Shown: positions 1 to 9,604 of the stretch, one piece after another
Layout: every line of letters starts with the position of its first letter
Numbering within the stretch: position 1 is the stretch's first letter
Source of the DNA: Rubrivivax sp. SCN 70-15
GTDB taxonomy: Bacteria; Pseudomonadota; Gammaproteobacteria; Burkholderiales; Burkholderiaceae_C
Length of the DNA stretch: 51,072 nucleotides
Direction of reading: 5' to 3'
Assembly: GCA_001725505.1 (NCBI GenBank)
Contig: MEGM01000001.1
Span: 1-51,072, forward strand
The notes under the pieces: generated by a model
What the model saw: only the letters and a program-made list of their open reading frames with translations
What the model was told of the DNA's origin: nothing
The model's database searches: none
Program-made: the position numbers and the translations under genes

Positions 1-560
1 TGCACGACGCGGTGGCCGCGGTCGACCATCTGGTCGCCGCCGGTCGGGTCGACGGCCGCCGCGTCGCGATCCGCGGCGGCAGCGCGGGCGGCTTCACGGT
101 GCTCTCCGCCCTGGCCTTCACGGATCGCTTCGCCGCCGGCATCAACTACTACGGCGTCGCCGACCTGGAGACGCTGGCCGCCGACACGCACAAGTTCGAG
201 TCGCGCTACCTCGATTCACTGGTCGCGCCGCTGCCCGAGGGGCGCGACATCTACCGTGCGCGCAGCCCGGTGCACCACATGGCGCAGTGTCGCGCGGCAC
301 TGATCACCTTCCAGGGCAGCGACGACCGGGCCGTGCCGCCGGCGCAGAGCCGCGCGATCGTCGACGCCGCACGCGCGGCGGGCTGCCCGGTGGCCTATCT
401 CGAATTCAAGGGCGAGGGCCACGGATTCCGCCAGGCGGCGAACATCGCGCGCGCGCTGCGCAGCGAGGTGGCCTTCCTCGGCCGCGTGTTCCACTTCACG
501 CCGGCGGGCGAGCCGCTGGCGCTGGAGATCGACAACGAGGCCGCGCTGCGGCGCGGCTGA
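1..560 (+). CDS. S9 family (prolyl oligopeptidase/acylaminoacyl peptidase) serine peptidase, C-terminal part; 5' end lies outside the window
   Basis: Catalytic triad motifs GGSAGG (Ser), QGSDD (Asp), EGHGF (His); THKFESRY motif; frame open from the window edge. Confidence 0.9.
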   Translation, partial: HDAVAAVDHLVAAGRVDGRRVAIRGGSAGGFTVLSALAFTDRFAAGINYYGVADLETLAADTHKFESRYLDSLVAPLPEGRDIYRARSPVHHMAQCRAALITFQGSDDRAVPPAQSRAIVDAARAAGCPVAYLEFKGEGHGFRQAANIARALRSEVAFLGRVFHFTPAGEPLALEIDNEAALRRG

Positions 561-582
561 CCCGGCCTGCGCGCCCGCGGCG

Positions 583-1587
583 TCAGACGCTGACGCGGCA
601 GGCGCTCTCGGAGCCGCTCCAGTCGGCCAGCCGGCCTTCGAGCGCGACGCCGCGACGCACCGCGGTCATCTCGGCGACGATCGCCAGCGCGATCTCCGGC
701 GGCGTCCTGCCACCCAGGTTCAGACCCACCGGGCCGCGCAGGCGCTCGAGTTCGGCCGCGCTGACGTCGAAGTCGAGCAGCCGCCTGCGCCGGGCGTCGT
801 TGTTGCGGCGCGAGCCGAGCGCACCGACGTAGAAGGCCGGCGTCTTCAGCGCCTCCATCAGCGCCAGATCGTCGAGCTTGGGGTCGTGCGTGACGGCGAC
901 GACCGCGCTGTGCGGGTCGAGGTTCATCGCGAGCACCAGGTCGTCGGGCATCATCCGCGACAGCGTCACGCCCTCCATCCCGGCCCAGCCCTCGTGGTAT
1001 TCCTCGCGCGGGTCGCAGACGGTGACGCGGTAGTCCAGCATCACCGCCATCGCCGCCAGGTAGCGGCTGAGCTGGCCGGCACCGATGATCAGCAAGCGCA
1101 GGCGCGGCCCGTGCACGGTCTCGAGCGTCTGGCCGTCGAACTGCAGCCGGTCGCCGTCGCTCGACGGCTGCAGCGAGACCAGGCCGGTCGCCATCTCGAG
1201 CCGGCGGCGCACGACGCGGTGCTCCTCGATCGCGCTCAGCAGCTCGCGCAGCAGCGACTGCGGGCCGAGCGGCTCGAGCACGATCTGCACCGTGCCACCG
1301 CAGGGCAGGCCGAAGCGCTGCGCCTCGTCGGCGGTGACGCCGTAGGTCGTGCTCTGCGGCAGCCGCTGCGCGAGCTCGCCGCGCTTGACGCGCTCGATCA
1401 GGTCGTCCTCGATGCAGCCGCCCGACAGCGAGCCGGCCACCTGCCCGTCGTCGCGGATAATCATCAGGCTGCCCGGCGGGCGCGGGCTGCTGCCCCAGGT
1501 GCGCACCACCGTGCCGAGCACGACGCGGTGGCCGCGGTTCATCCAGTCCATCGCGCTGCGGATGACTTCGACGTCCATGCTGTTCAT
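583..1587 (-). CDS. xdhC: XdhC/CoxF family molybdenum-cofactor maturation (accessory) protein
   Basis: TWGSSPRPPGS, GSLSGGCIE, GLPCGG, THDPKLDD and YVGALGSRR motifs; AAGGAG RBS; Mo-hydroxylase genes nearby. Confidence 0.92.
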   Translation of the reverse strand: MNSMDVEVIRSAMDWMNRGHRVVLGTVVRTWGSSPRPPGSLMIIRDDGQVAGSLSGGCIEDDLIERVKRGELAQRLPQSTTYGVTADEAQRFGLPCGGTVQIVLEPLGPQSLLRELLSAIEEHRVVRRRLEMATGLVSLQPSSDGDRLQFDGQTLETVHGPRLRLLIIGAGQLSRYLAAMAVMLDYRVTVCDPREEYHEGWAGMEGVTLSRMMPDDLVLAMNLDPHSAVVAVTHDPKLDDLALMEALKTPAFYVGALGSRRNNDARRRRLLDFDVSAAELERLRGPVGLNLGGRTPPEIALAIVAEMTAVRRGVALEGRLADWSGSESACRVSV

Positions 1588-1663
1588 CGAGGGCTCTCCT
1601 TGCTGGCAGGGCCGTCAGCTTGCCACAGGCGCGCGGCATTTGCAGCCGTCGGCCTGACTGTTC

Positions 1664-2368
1664 CTAGACGGCGCAGTAGCGCTCCTGGATCTCGCGGTCG
1701 GCCAGAAGATCGGCGGCGTCGCCCTGGTGCACGATCCGACCCTGGTCGAGAATCACGGCGCGGTCGGAGATCTGCAGTGCGCGCTCGACGTTCTGCTCGA
1801 CGAGCAGGATCGTCGTGCCCTCGCGCTTCATGCGCGCGAAGAGCTGGAACATCTCGTGCACGAGCAGCGGCATGATGCCTTCCGACGGCTCGTCGAGCAG
1901 GATCATGCGCGGGCGCGCCATCATCGCGCGCGCGATCGCCAGCATCTGCTGCTCGCCGCCGGACAGCGAGGTGCCCTCCTGCTCCATGCGCTCGTCCAGG
2001 CGCGGGAAGGTGCGCGCGATCTCGGCGATGCGCTCGCGCTCCAGGTGCCGCTCGCGACCGGCGATCAGGCCCAGGCGCAGGTTCTCGCGCACCGTCAGGC
2101 CCGGGACGATGCGCCGCTCCTCGGGCACGTAGGCCAGCCCGAGGTGGAAGCGCGCATGCGCCGGCCGGCCCAGGATCTCCTCGCCGTCGAAGCGCACCGA
2201 CCCGCCGCGCCTGGCCATCAGGCCCATGATGGCCTTGAGCGTGCTCGTCTTGCCTGCGCCGTTGCGCCCCATCAGCGTGACGATCTCCCCCGCCCGGACC
2301 TCGAAGTCCAGACCCTGGACCACATGACTGCGGCCGTACCAAGCATCGAGCCCTTGGACTTTCAGCAT
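1664..2368 (-). CDS. Branched-chain amino acid-type ABC transporter ATPase (LivF-like)
   Basis: Starts MLKVQGLDAWYG inside ORF 1664..3127; Walker A GRNGAGKT, LSGGEQQ signature, LLDEPSEG, LVEQN. Confidence 0.93.
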   Translation of the reverse strand: MLKVQGLDAWYGRSHVVQGLDFEVRAGEIVTLMGRNGAGKTSTLKAIMGLMARRGGSVRFDGEEILGRPAHARFHLGLAYVPEERRIVPGLTVRENLRLGLIAGRERHLERERIAEIARTFPRLDERMEQEGTSLSGGEQQMLAIARAMMARPRMILLDEPSEGIMPLLVHEMFQLFARMKREGTTILLVEQNVERALQISDRAVILDQGRIVHQGDAADLLADREIQERYCAV

Positions 2369-2370
2369 GA

Positions 2371-3120
2371 TCAGCCCTGCCCGAGGTACACGCGGCGCAC
2401 CTCGTCGTTGGCACGGATCTCGGCCGGCGTGCCCTCGGCGAGGAATTCGCCGTGGTGCAGCACCAGCGGCCGCTCGCAGATGCCCATCACCAGCTTCATC
2501 TTGTGCTCGACCAGGATCACCGAGCGCTCGGCGGCGAGCGCGACGATCAGGTCCATCATCACGCGCGTTTCCTCGGGCGACATGCCCGCCGTCGGCTCGT
2601 CCATCAGCAGCAGCACCGGGTCGCTCGCCAGCGCCATCGCCACTTCCAGCGCGCGCTGCTGGCCGTGCGCGAGGTCGGCGGCCGGCCGGCGGCGCAAGTC
2701 CGCGAGGCCGACGCGCTCGAGCAGTGCGTCGGCGCGCTCGGCGAGCTCGGTCATCGTCGCACGCGCCTTGAGCAGTTCGAAGCGCGAGCGGCGCATCTGC
2801 GCGGCGACGCGCACGTTCTCGTGCGCGCTGAGCTGCTGGAAGACGTTGGTGATCTGGAAGCTCTTGGCGATGCCGATGCGCGCGAACTCGTGCTGCGCCA
2901 GGCCGGTGATGTCCCGGCCCTGGAAGTTCAGTCGTCCGCTGCTGGGCGGGAAGGCGCCGCTGACGACGTTGAAGAACGTGCTCTTGCCCGCGCCGTTGGG
3001 GCCGATGATCGCGCTCAGACGGCCCGCCTCGAAGCGCGCACTGACGCCATTGAGGGCGACGAAGCTCCCGAAGCGCTTGGTGAGGCCCTGGACCTCGAGG
3101 ATCGGCACCGCGCCACTCAT
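2371..3120 (-). CDS. Branched-chain amino acid-type ABC transporter ATPase (LivG-like)
   Basis: Starts MSGAVPILEV; GPNGAGKST, LAHGQQR, LMDEPTAGM, VEH, C-terminal VRRVYLG; ATGA overlap with upstream permease. Confidence 0.93.
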   Translation of the reverse strand: MSGAVPILEVQGLTKRFGSFVALNGVSARFEAGRLSAIIGPNGAGKSTFFNVVSGAFPPSSGRLNFQGRDITGLAQHEFARIGIAKSFQITNVFQQLSAHENVRVAAQMRRSRFELLKARATMTELAERADALLERVGLADLRRRPAADLAHGQQRALEVAMALASDPVLLLMDEPTAGMSPEETRVMMDLIVALAAERSVILVEHKMKLVMGICERPLVLHHGEFLAEGTPAEIRANDEVRRVYLGQG

Positions 3121-4079
3121 CGGGCACGCTCCAGGCGCCGGACCAGGGTGCCCCAGATGCCGGCGGGGAAGAAGAGCACGCAGGCCATGAAGACCACGCC
3201 CACCACGGCCATCCAGTGCGAGGTCACGTTGGTGACCACGTCCTCGAGCGTCAGGAACACGCCCGCGCCGACGAAGGGGCCGAAGAAGGTGCCCATGCCG
3301 CCGAGCAGGCACATCATCACCGCCTGGCCCGACAGCAGATAGCCCAGCGAATCGATCGGCACCACCGACAGGTGCAATGCGCGCAGCGCACCGGCGAGCC
3401 CGCACAGAGTCGCCGACAGCACGAAGACGAGCAGCTTCGTGCGCGCGACGTCGTAGCCGCAGGCGGCGGCGCGCTTCTCGTTCTCGCGCACCGCCTCCAT
3501 CACGGCACCGAAGGGCGACGCGAGCAGCCGCGAGACGAACCACAGCGCCGCCGCGACGAAGGCCAGGATCACGTAGTACTTGGTCGTCGGGTCGAGGAAG
3601 TCGACCTTCCAGCCGAAAACGCGCATCGCGGGCACGTCGATCCCGCGCAAGCCGTTCTCGCCGCCGGTCCAGCGCTCGGCCTTGTAGAAGGCGTAGTAGA
3701 CGATCTGCGCCAGCGCCAGCGTGACCATCGAGAAGTAGATGCCCCGGGTGCGGATCGCGAGCCAGCCGATCACCAGCCCGATCAGCGCCGCCGCCGCCAC
3801 GCCGAGCAGCAGCGCCAGACCCCAGGGCCAGCCGCCATGGACCATCGCGATGCCGGTGGCGTAGCTGCCCACGCCCAGGAACGCGGCGTGGCCGAACGAC
3901 AGCAGCCCGGTGTAGCCGAAGAGCAGGTTGAAGCCGACCGCGAACAAGCCGAAGATCAGCACGTTGACCGCCAGCGCCTGGTACGGCATCAGCAGCGGGA
4001 AGAAGACCAGGAACAGGATCGCCGCCGCCACGCGGTAACGGCGCACGAGCGCGACGGCGCCGCCGATCGACCCGCTCAC
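3117..4079 (-). CDS. Branched-chain amino acid-type ABC transporter permease (LivM-like)
   Basis: GYTGLLSFGHAAF, GIYFSMVTLA, TGGENG, LGGMGTFFGP; hydrophobic. Confidence 0.93.
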   Translation of the reverse strand: MSGSIGGAVALVRRYRVAAAILFLVFFPLLMPYQALAVNVLIFGLFAVGFNLLFGYTGLLSFGHAAFLGVGSYATGIAMVHGGWPWGLALLLGVAAAALIGLVIGWLAIRTRGIYFSMVTLALAQIVYYAFYKAERWTGGENGLRGIDVPAMRVFGWKVDFLDPTTKYYVILAFVAAALWFVSRLLASPFGAVMEAVRENEKRAAACGYDVARTKLLVFVLSATLCGLAGALRALHLSVVPIDSLGYLLSGQAVMMCLLGGMGTFFGPFVGAGVFLTLEDVVTNVTSHWMAVVGVVFMACVLFFPAGIWGTLVRRLERAR

Positions 4080-4957
4080 CCGAGCATCCCGGGCTTGCCG
4101 AAGAAGCCCTGCGGGCGCACCAGCAGCACCAGAGCCATCAGCACGAAGATCGACAGGTCGGCGAGGTCCGGCGCGAACAGCGAGGTCATCGAGAACACGA
4201 TGCCCACCAGCATCCCGGCCACCACGGCCCCCGGCAGCGAGCCCATCCCGCCGACGACCGTGACGACGAACGACTCGGCCAGCACCGGGATGCCCATCTC
4301 CGGGTTCACCGCGCGCGTCGGCGCGGCGAGCACGCCCGACAGCCCGGCGATCGCCGTGCCCAGCGCGAACACGAGCAGCCAGACGCGTGCGACGTCGACG
4401 CCCAGCACCTTGAGGATCTCGCCGTCACGCGAGCCGGCGCGGATGATCAGCCCGTAGCGCGTCTTCTCGAGGAACAGCCACAGCGCTGCGACCACCACCG
4501 CGGTGGCAGCGATCAGGAACAGGCGGTACTTGGGGAAGTAGCCGAAACCCAGGTCGACGGCGCCGCGCAGCGCAGCGGGCGTCGACGACGGCAGGCCGCC
4601 GATGCCGAAGAGCACGCGCATCGCCTCGATCAGCACCCAGCTCAGGCCGAAGGTCAGCAGCAGCGGGTAGTCGATGCCGCGGCCGTACAGCGGCCGCACC
4701 AGGAAGCGCTCGGTGACCAGGCCGACCGCGCCGACGACGAGCGGCGTCAGCACCAGGCTGAACCAGAAGTTGCCGGTCAGGCCGAGGAAGTACAGACCGA
4801 TGAACGCGCCGACCATGAAGAAGGCGCCGTGCGCGAAGTTGACCACGCCCAGCATGCCGAAGATCAGGCTCAGGCCCAGCGCCAGCAACGCATAGACGGC
4901 GCCCAGCGCGATGCCGGTCACCAGCTGCAGCAACAGCAGCGAGGGCGTGATCTCCAT
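4076..4957 (-). CDS. Branched-chain amino acid-type ABC transporter permease (LivH-like)
   Basis: GLSLIFGMLGVVNFAHG, VVGGMGSLPGA, RPQGFFG. Confidence 0.93.
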   Translation of the reverse strand: MEITPSLLLLQLVTGIALGAVYALLALGLSLIFGMLGVVNFAHGAFFMVGAFIGLYFLGLTGNFWFSLVLTPLVVGAVGLVTERFLVRPLYGRGIDYPLLLTFGLSWVLIEAMRVLFGIGGLPSSTPAALRGAVDLGFGYFPKYRLFLIAATAVVVAALWLFLEKTRYGLIIRAGSRDGEILKVLGVDVARVWLLVFALGTAIAGLSGVLAAPTRAVNPEMGIPVLAESFVVTVVGGMGSLPGAVVAGMLVGIVFSMTSLFAPDLADLSIFVLMALVLLVRPQGFFGKPGMLG

Positions 4958-4970
4958 CGCGGCGCCGCCC

Positions 4971-6206
4971 TCAGGCCTTGAAGCCGAGCTCGGCGCAGCT
5001 GCGCAGGTTGGCCTCGTTCGGCGCTTCGACCTCGAGCACGTTGAAGACGTCGTTCTTGTCCTTCATGCCCTTGGACTTGCTCTCGACGACGATAACCGAC
5101 TGCACCGACTGGTGGTCGCAGGCGCGGTAGAACTGCGGCCCCTTGTACCAGTCGTACTTGAGCCTGGCCAGCGCCATGGCAACCGCGGTCGAGTCGGTGG
5201 CGTTCGCGTCGTTGACCGCCTGCAGCACGCTCTTGATGCCGGCGTAGCCGAGCGCACCGTAGTCAGACGGCACCGCGCCGGCGTAGGCGGCACGGAAGGC
5301 ATCGTTGAACTTCTTCGCGCTCGGGATGCGGTCCTCCAGGCCCCAGTAGTACGAGGTGCCGCCGATGATGCCCTCGAACGCGTCGGCGCCGCCCGCCTGG
5401 CGCGCGGTGTACAGCAGCACCGGGGTGATGATGCGCGTCGTCTGCTTGATGCCGAAGTCGGTCGCCTGCTTGGCGCTGTTGACCAGATCGCGGCCGAAGT
5501 TGCACAGCACGAGGATGTCGGGCTTGAGCGCCTGGATGCGCGGCAGGAAGGCCGAATAGTCGGCGGTGCCCAGCGGGTGGCGGATGTCGGCCAGCGTCTG
5601 CATGCCGAAGGCCTCGCCGGCGCGCTGGAAGCCGCGCACCATCTCGTGGCCGTAGGCGTAGTCGGCGGTCAGGTAGACCACCTTCTTGCCGAACTTGGGG
5701 AACGCGTAGCGCGCCACCGCACCGGCGGTCATGTGCGGGTTGAGCGCCTCGTGGAAGGTGTAGGTGCCGGCCTCCTTGGCCTCGTTGATGGTGTCGGACT
5801 GGCTGATCGAATTGAACAGCACCTTGCGCTCGCGCGTGATCGCGTTGATCGACAGCTGCGTGGCCGCCGACAGCGAGCCGACGATGAAGTTGACCTTGTC
5901 CTTCTCGATCAGCTCGAGCGTGCGCGTCGCCGCCTCGCCGGGGTTGAGCTTGGTGTCGCGCACGATCAGCTCGGCCATCTGGCCCTTGTGGCCGCCCGCG
6001 GCGTTCCATTCCTTGACCGCCAGCTGCGCAGCGCGCACCTGGTCCTGCGCTTCGGCCGAGAACGGGCCGGTGAGCGGCGTCGGGAAGCCGATCCTGATCG
6101 CGCCGGCCTGGGCGCGGGCGATGTGGAACAGCGCCGGGCCGGTGGCCAGCGCGGTGCCGGCAATGATCAGGCTGCGGCGGCGGGGATTGTTCAGCGTCGT
6201 GCTCAT
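4971..6206 (-). CDS. ABC transporter substrate-binding protein (LivJ/AmiC-like) with probable Tat signal
   Basis: Starts MSTTLNNPRRRSLII (twin-Arg, ARA-Q cleavage site); IGFPTPLTGPF, DYAYGHE, GTADYSAFL; AAGGAG RBS. Confidence 0.9.
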   Translation of the reverse strand: MSTTLNNPRRRSLIIAGTALATGPALFHIARAQAGAIRIGFPTPLTGPFSAEAQDQVRAAQLAVKEWNAAGGHKGQMAELIVRDTKLNPGEAATRTLELIEKDKVNFIVGSLSAATQLSINAITRERKVLFNSISQSDTINEAKEAGTYTFHEALNPHMTAGAVARYAFPKFGKKVVYLTADYAYGHEMVRGFQRAGEAFGMQTLADIRHPLGTADYSAFLPRIQALKPDILVLCNFGRDLVNSAKQATDFGIKQTTRIITPVLLYTARQAGGADAFEGIIGGTSYYWGLEDRIPSAKKFNDAFRAAYAGAVPSDYGALGYAGIKSVLQAVNDANATDSTAVAMALARLKYDWYKGPQFYRACDHQSVQSVIVVESKSKGMKDKNDVFNVLEVEAPNEANLRSCAELGFKA

Positions 6207-6243
6207 CGGGCTTGTCTCCTTGGGGCGGTGGGTGGCGCAGGCT

Positions 6244-7473
6244 TCAGACGGCCTGTGCTTCGGGGGTTCGGGGGTCGACGGTCTCGAACAGGGCCGGGTC
6301 GATGGCGGTCTGGCGCATGACCGTCTGCGCATCCCGATGCGCCGGGCGGCCGCGGTTCTGGGCTTCGAGGTACGCGCCCAGGCGGCGCGCGCGTTCGGCC
6401 ACGCTCGCGCCGACCGGCTGACGCAGCGCGGCGTAGCGGCGCAGCGCCTGCGGCGTGGCGCCTTCGAGCGCGATCGATTCGGCCAGCGCCATCGCGTCGT
6501 CGCCGGCCTTGGCCACGCCCATGCCGACATGCGGACGGGCGACGACGGCCGCGTCGCCGAGCAGCGCGATGCGGTCGAAGGCGAACCGGGGCGACACCAG
6601 GTCGTGGATCGGCTGCAGGAAGGGCGCCGTGCTCTTCTCGACGATCTCGGCGAACTGCGGCGCGAGCCGGGCGCGCGCCGCCTCGCGCGCCGCGGCGACC
6701 TGGCGCCAGGACACCTGATGCGGCGCGATGCCGCCGGGGTGGTGCACGCCGTCGGCGTCGGTCATCAGCGCATCGAGCTCGGCGCCTTCGGCCGCGGGCC
6801 GGTACCAGACGAAGTTCCAGCGCCGCGCGCCGGGCTCGACGCTGTTGTCGGCCCCGGCCACCGGGTAGCCGAGCATCTGCTCCCCGTCGGGCAGGCCGAA
6901 GCCGAAGTGCCCGAACAGGGTGCTGCGCGTGTGGCGCGACAGGCTGACCTCGTCGCAGACGCCGCGCCAGGCGACGTAGCCGGCGTAGACCGGCTGCACT
7001 TCGGGCGCGAGCTGCGCCCGCACGCTCGAGCGGATGCCGTCGGCCGCGACGAGCAGGTCGCCATGCAGCACCTCGGCGTCGGCGAGCGCGGCGCTGACGC
7101 CATCGGCGCGCGACTCGACCCTCACCACCTGCGCCCCGAGGCGGTAGCAGGCGGCCGGCAGTGCCGCGCGCAGCAGGGCGTAGAGGCGGCCCCAGGACGT
7201 GAGGCATTGGGCGTGGTCCCAGGCGGCGGCGACCTGCCCCGACGCGTCGCGCACCACCCGGGATGCGACTTGCACGCCGAGCGTGCGGTCGACCACCGCG
7301 CCGGCGGCACGCAGCGCGGCACGCAGGCTGTCGTGGGTGACGATGCCCGCACCGCGGCCCTCCAGCGAACGCGGCGAACGCTCGAGCACCTGCACCTCGT
7401 GGCCGGCACGCAGCAGCAGGTTGGCGGCCATCAGGCCGCCCAGCGAACCACCGACGACGAGGATCCGGCCCAT
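6244..7473 (-). CDS. FAD-dependent monooxygenase, 2,6-dihydroxypyridine 3-hydroxylase (DhpH)-like
   Basis: VVGGSLGG Rossmann variant, ERSPRSLEGRGAGIV, ADG, YAGYVAWRG, NFVWY, LMTD, LLGDAAVVARPH..G.AKA.DDA; these resemble the Arthrobacter DhpH family as recalled. Confidence 0.8.
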   Translation of the reverse strand: MGRILVVGGSLGGLMAANLLLRAGHEVQVLERSPRSLEGRGAGIVTHDSLRAALRAAGAVVDRTLGVQVASRVVRDASGQVAAAWDHAQCLTSWGRLYALLRAALPAACYRLGAQVVRVESRADGVSAALADAEVLHGDLLVAADGIRSSVRAQLAPEVQPVYAGYVAWRGVCDEVSLSRHTRSTLFGHFGFGLPDGEQMLGYPVAGADNSVEPGARRWNFVWYRPAAEGAELDALMTDADGVHHPGGIAPHQVSWRQVAAAREAARARLAPQFAEIVEKSTAPFLQPIHDLVSPRFAFDRIALLGDAAVVARPHVGMGVAKAGDDAMALAESIALEGATPQALRRYAALRQPVGASVAERARRLGAYLEAQNRGRPAHRDAQTVMRQTAIDPALFETVDPRTPEAQAV

Positions 7474-7477
7474 CGTG

Positions 7478-7924
7478 TCAGGCGCCCGACGCCGCCTGCT
7501 CTTCGGCCGGGAAATTGAGCTCGACGACGACGCCGTTGGGGTCGTCGACGAAGACCTGGTGCAGCCCGAGCAGGGGCACGGTGCGCTCGCGGTGCGCCAC
7601 GCCCTGGGCGCGCAGCCGCGCCAGCGTGGCGGCCAGGCCGGTGGCGAAGAACGCCACGTGGTCGACCGCGCCGGTGCCGTGCAGGCTCGCCGCGTCGCGG
7701 TCGCCGAGGTACTGCTTCAGCCCTTCGGGGTCGTCCCTGTCGACACCGATGACGTGCACCACCGCGTTCGCATAGACCTTCGTGTCGCCCGCGTAGAGCC
7801 ACAGCCCGGGAAACGGAAACGGCGGCCGCGGCCCGACCACCAGGCCGAGCAGGCCGCAGTAGAAGCGCTCGCAGGCCGGCAGGTCCAGGCTGCGGATCGA
7901 GAAGTGGTTCAGCGTCAGCGCCAT
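7478..7924 (-). CDS. VOC/glyoxalase superfamily single-domain protein
   Basis: LNHFSI, DHVAF and FVDDPNGVVVELN give the His/His/Glu metal-ligand pattern. Confidence 0.88.
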   Translation of the reverse strand: MALTLNHFSIRSLDLPACERFYCGLLGLVVGPRPPFPFPGLWLYAGDTKVYANAVVHVIGVDRDDPEGLKQYLGDRDAASLHGTGAVDHVAFFATGLAATLARLRAQGVAHRERTVPLLGLHQVFVDDPNGVVVELNFPAEEQAASGA

Positions 7925-7945
7925 CGACGGTCTCCTTGCGGGCTC

Positions 7946-8632
7946 TCAGGCGCGCGGCCGCGCCGGCGCCAGCACCTCGGGCACCTGCGCCAGCAGGCCC
8001 CGGATGCGGTCGCGGATGAAGGTCTCGATCAGCGCCGCGTCGCCCTCGCCGGCAAACTGCTGCTGGTAGACCAGCGGCCAGATGCCCAGGTGGTAGATCA
8101 GCCCGCCGTGAAACCCCATCAGCAAGGCCTCCTCGCGCGGCGTGGCCTTCGCGCGCGACCGGCTGCCCGCAGAGCGCCGGGCCTCGCGCAGCAGGCGCGG
8201 GAAGAGCTTCTCGCGCACGAGCGCGAAGTAGCGTGTCGGGATCAGCCCGTCGCTGAGCCCTGAATGCACCAGGATGCGCAGCCATTCGGGCGTCAGGATC
8301 GCCGCCAGGTACTCGACGTAGAAGGCGTGCAGCTTGTCCTCGACGGCCGGCCGCGGATCGTCGAGCAGCGCCTCCCAGCGCGTCTCCCAGCGTCCCGCGA
8401 TCACCTGCTCGTAGACGCGCTCGATCAGCGAGCGCTTGGTCGGGAAGTAGTGGTACAGCAGCGTGTGCGCGATGCCGAGCTCGGCCGCGAGCTCGCGCAT
8501 CTGTGCGTCCAGCCCGCGCCGCGCGAAGAAGTCCGCGGCGCCGTCGACGATCTGCTGTTCGCGTTCGCGCGCATCCATCCGGCGCCGTACGGCGGGCGGT
8601 GCCTTGGTGCGGGTTTCTTCCGTATTGACCAT
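7946..8632 (-). CDS. TetR/AcrR family transcriptional regulator
   Basis: C-terminal part of ORF 7946..10678; HTH IVDGAADFFARRGLDAQMRELAAELGIAHTLLYHYFPTK; exact start uncertain. Confidence 0.88.
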   Translation of the reverse strand: MVNTEETRTKAPPAVRRRMDAREREQQIVDGAADFFARRGLDAQMRELAAELGIAHTLLYHYFPTKRSLIERVYEQVIAGRWETRWEALLDDPRPAVEDKLHAFYVEYLAAILTPEWLRILVHSGLSDGLIPTRYFALVREKLFPRLLREARRSAGSRSRAKATPREEALLMGFHGGLIYHLGIWPLVYQQQFAGEGDAALIETFIRDRIRGLLAQVPEVLAPARPRA

Positions 8633-8651
8633 CTGCTCAACTCTGCTCAAA

Positions 8652-8673
8652 TTGTTGAACGCTCGGTCAACAA
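8652..8673. promoter_or_regulatory. Palindromic operator, probable site for the adjacent TetR
   Basis: TTGTTGAaCGCTCGgTCAACAA: perfect 7-bp arms, AT-rich, between the divergent tetR and Mo-hydroxylase genes. Confidence 0.7.
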
Positions 8674-8740
8674 GCCCCATCCCGACAAACCCTAGAGCCT
8701 GCCTCGCCGTCCCGGCGGGCCCGGCGCGAGAGCCGCCGCC

Positions 8741-9604
8741 ATGAAATCGTCCGCCTTCGACTACGTGCGCGCCGAGTCGGCGCAACACGTGTACGAGCTC
8801 CTGACGCAGCACGGCGACGACGCGCGCGTGCTCGCCGGCGGGCAGACGCTGCTGGCGACGCTGAACATGCGCATGTCCCAGCCCGCGCTGCTGGTCGACA
8901 TCGGCGCGCTCGACGCGCTGCGCGGCATCGCGGTGCGCGACGGCGTGCTGCGCATCGGCGCGCTCGTGCGGCATGTCGAGATCGAGGAATCCGCGCTCGT
9001 CGCGACGCATGCGCCGCTGCTCGCGCAGGCGGCGCCGCACATCGCGCACCGCGCGATCCGCAACCTCGGCACCTGGGGCGGTGCGCTGGCCTACGCCGAT
9101 CCGGCGGCCGAATGGCCGGCATGCGTGCTGGCGCTGGACGGCGTGATCGTGCTGCACAGCGCGCGCGGCGAGCGCCGCGTGCCGGCACAGGACTTCTTCC
9201 AGGGCATCTACACGACGGCGCGGCAGGACGACGAGCTGCTCGCCGCGGTCGAGCTGCCCGTGCTCGGCGCCGCAGAGCGACAGCACTTCGACGAGCTCGC
9301 GCGCCGCCACGGCGACTACGCGGTGGCGGGCCTGGCGGCCCGGGCGCGCCGCCTCGGCGACGGCTCGACCGAGTTCCGCCTCGCCTTCCTGAGCCTGGGC
9401 GACCGGCCGATCCGTGCCCGCGGCGCCGAGCGCGTGCTGCAGGGCGGAGCCCTCGACGATGCGCGCATCGCCGACGCCGACGCGGCGCTGCGCGCCGAGC
9501 TCGAGCCGTTCGCCGATCTCACCCACTCGGCCGCTGCGAAGACGCAGATGGCGGCGACGCTGATGCGCCGCGCGGTGCAGGCACTGACCCAGGAGCGCCG
9601 ATGA
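8741..9604 (+). CDS. Molybdenum hydroxylase FAD-binding medium subunit (CoxM-like)
   Basis: LAGGQTL, IRNLGTWGG..AYADPAAE, RRHGDYA. Confidence 0.92.
   Translation: MKSSAFDYVRAESAQHVYELLTQHGDDARVLAGGQTLLATLNMRMSQPALLVDIGALDALRGIAVRDGVLRIGALVRHVEIEESALVATHAPLLAQAAPHIAHRAIRNLGTWGGALAYADPAAEWPACVLALDGVIVLHSARGERRVPAQDFFQGIYTTARQDDELLAAVELPVLGAAERQHFDELARRHGDYAVAGLAARARRLGDGSTEFRLAFLSLGDRPIRARGAERVLQGGALDDARIADADAALRAELEPFADLTHSAAAKTQMAATLMRRAVQALTQERR

Noticed and set aside
1664-3543. Apparent long N-terminal extensions or fusions on the ABC ATPases, and likewise on glpD, alaX, phzF and tetR in the ORF track
   Set aside because: Artefacts of calling the most upstream start; internal starts with RBS or stop/start overlaps give normal lengths
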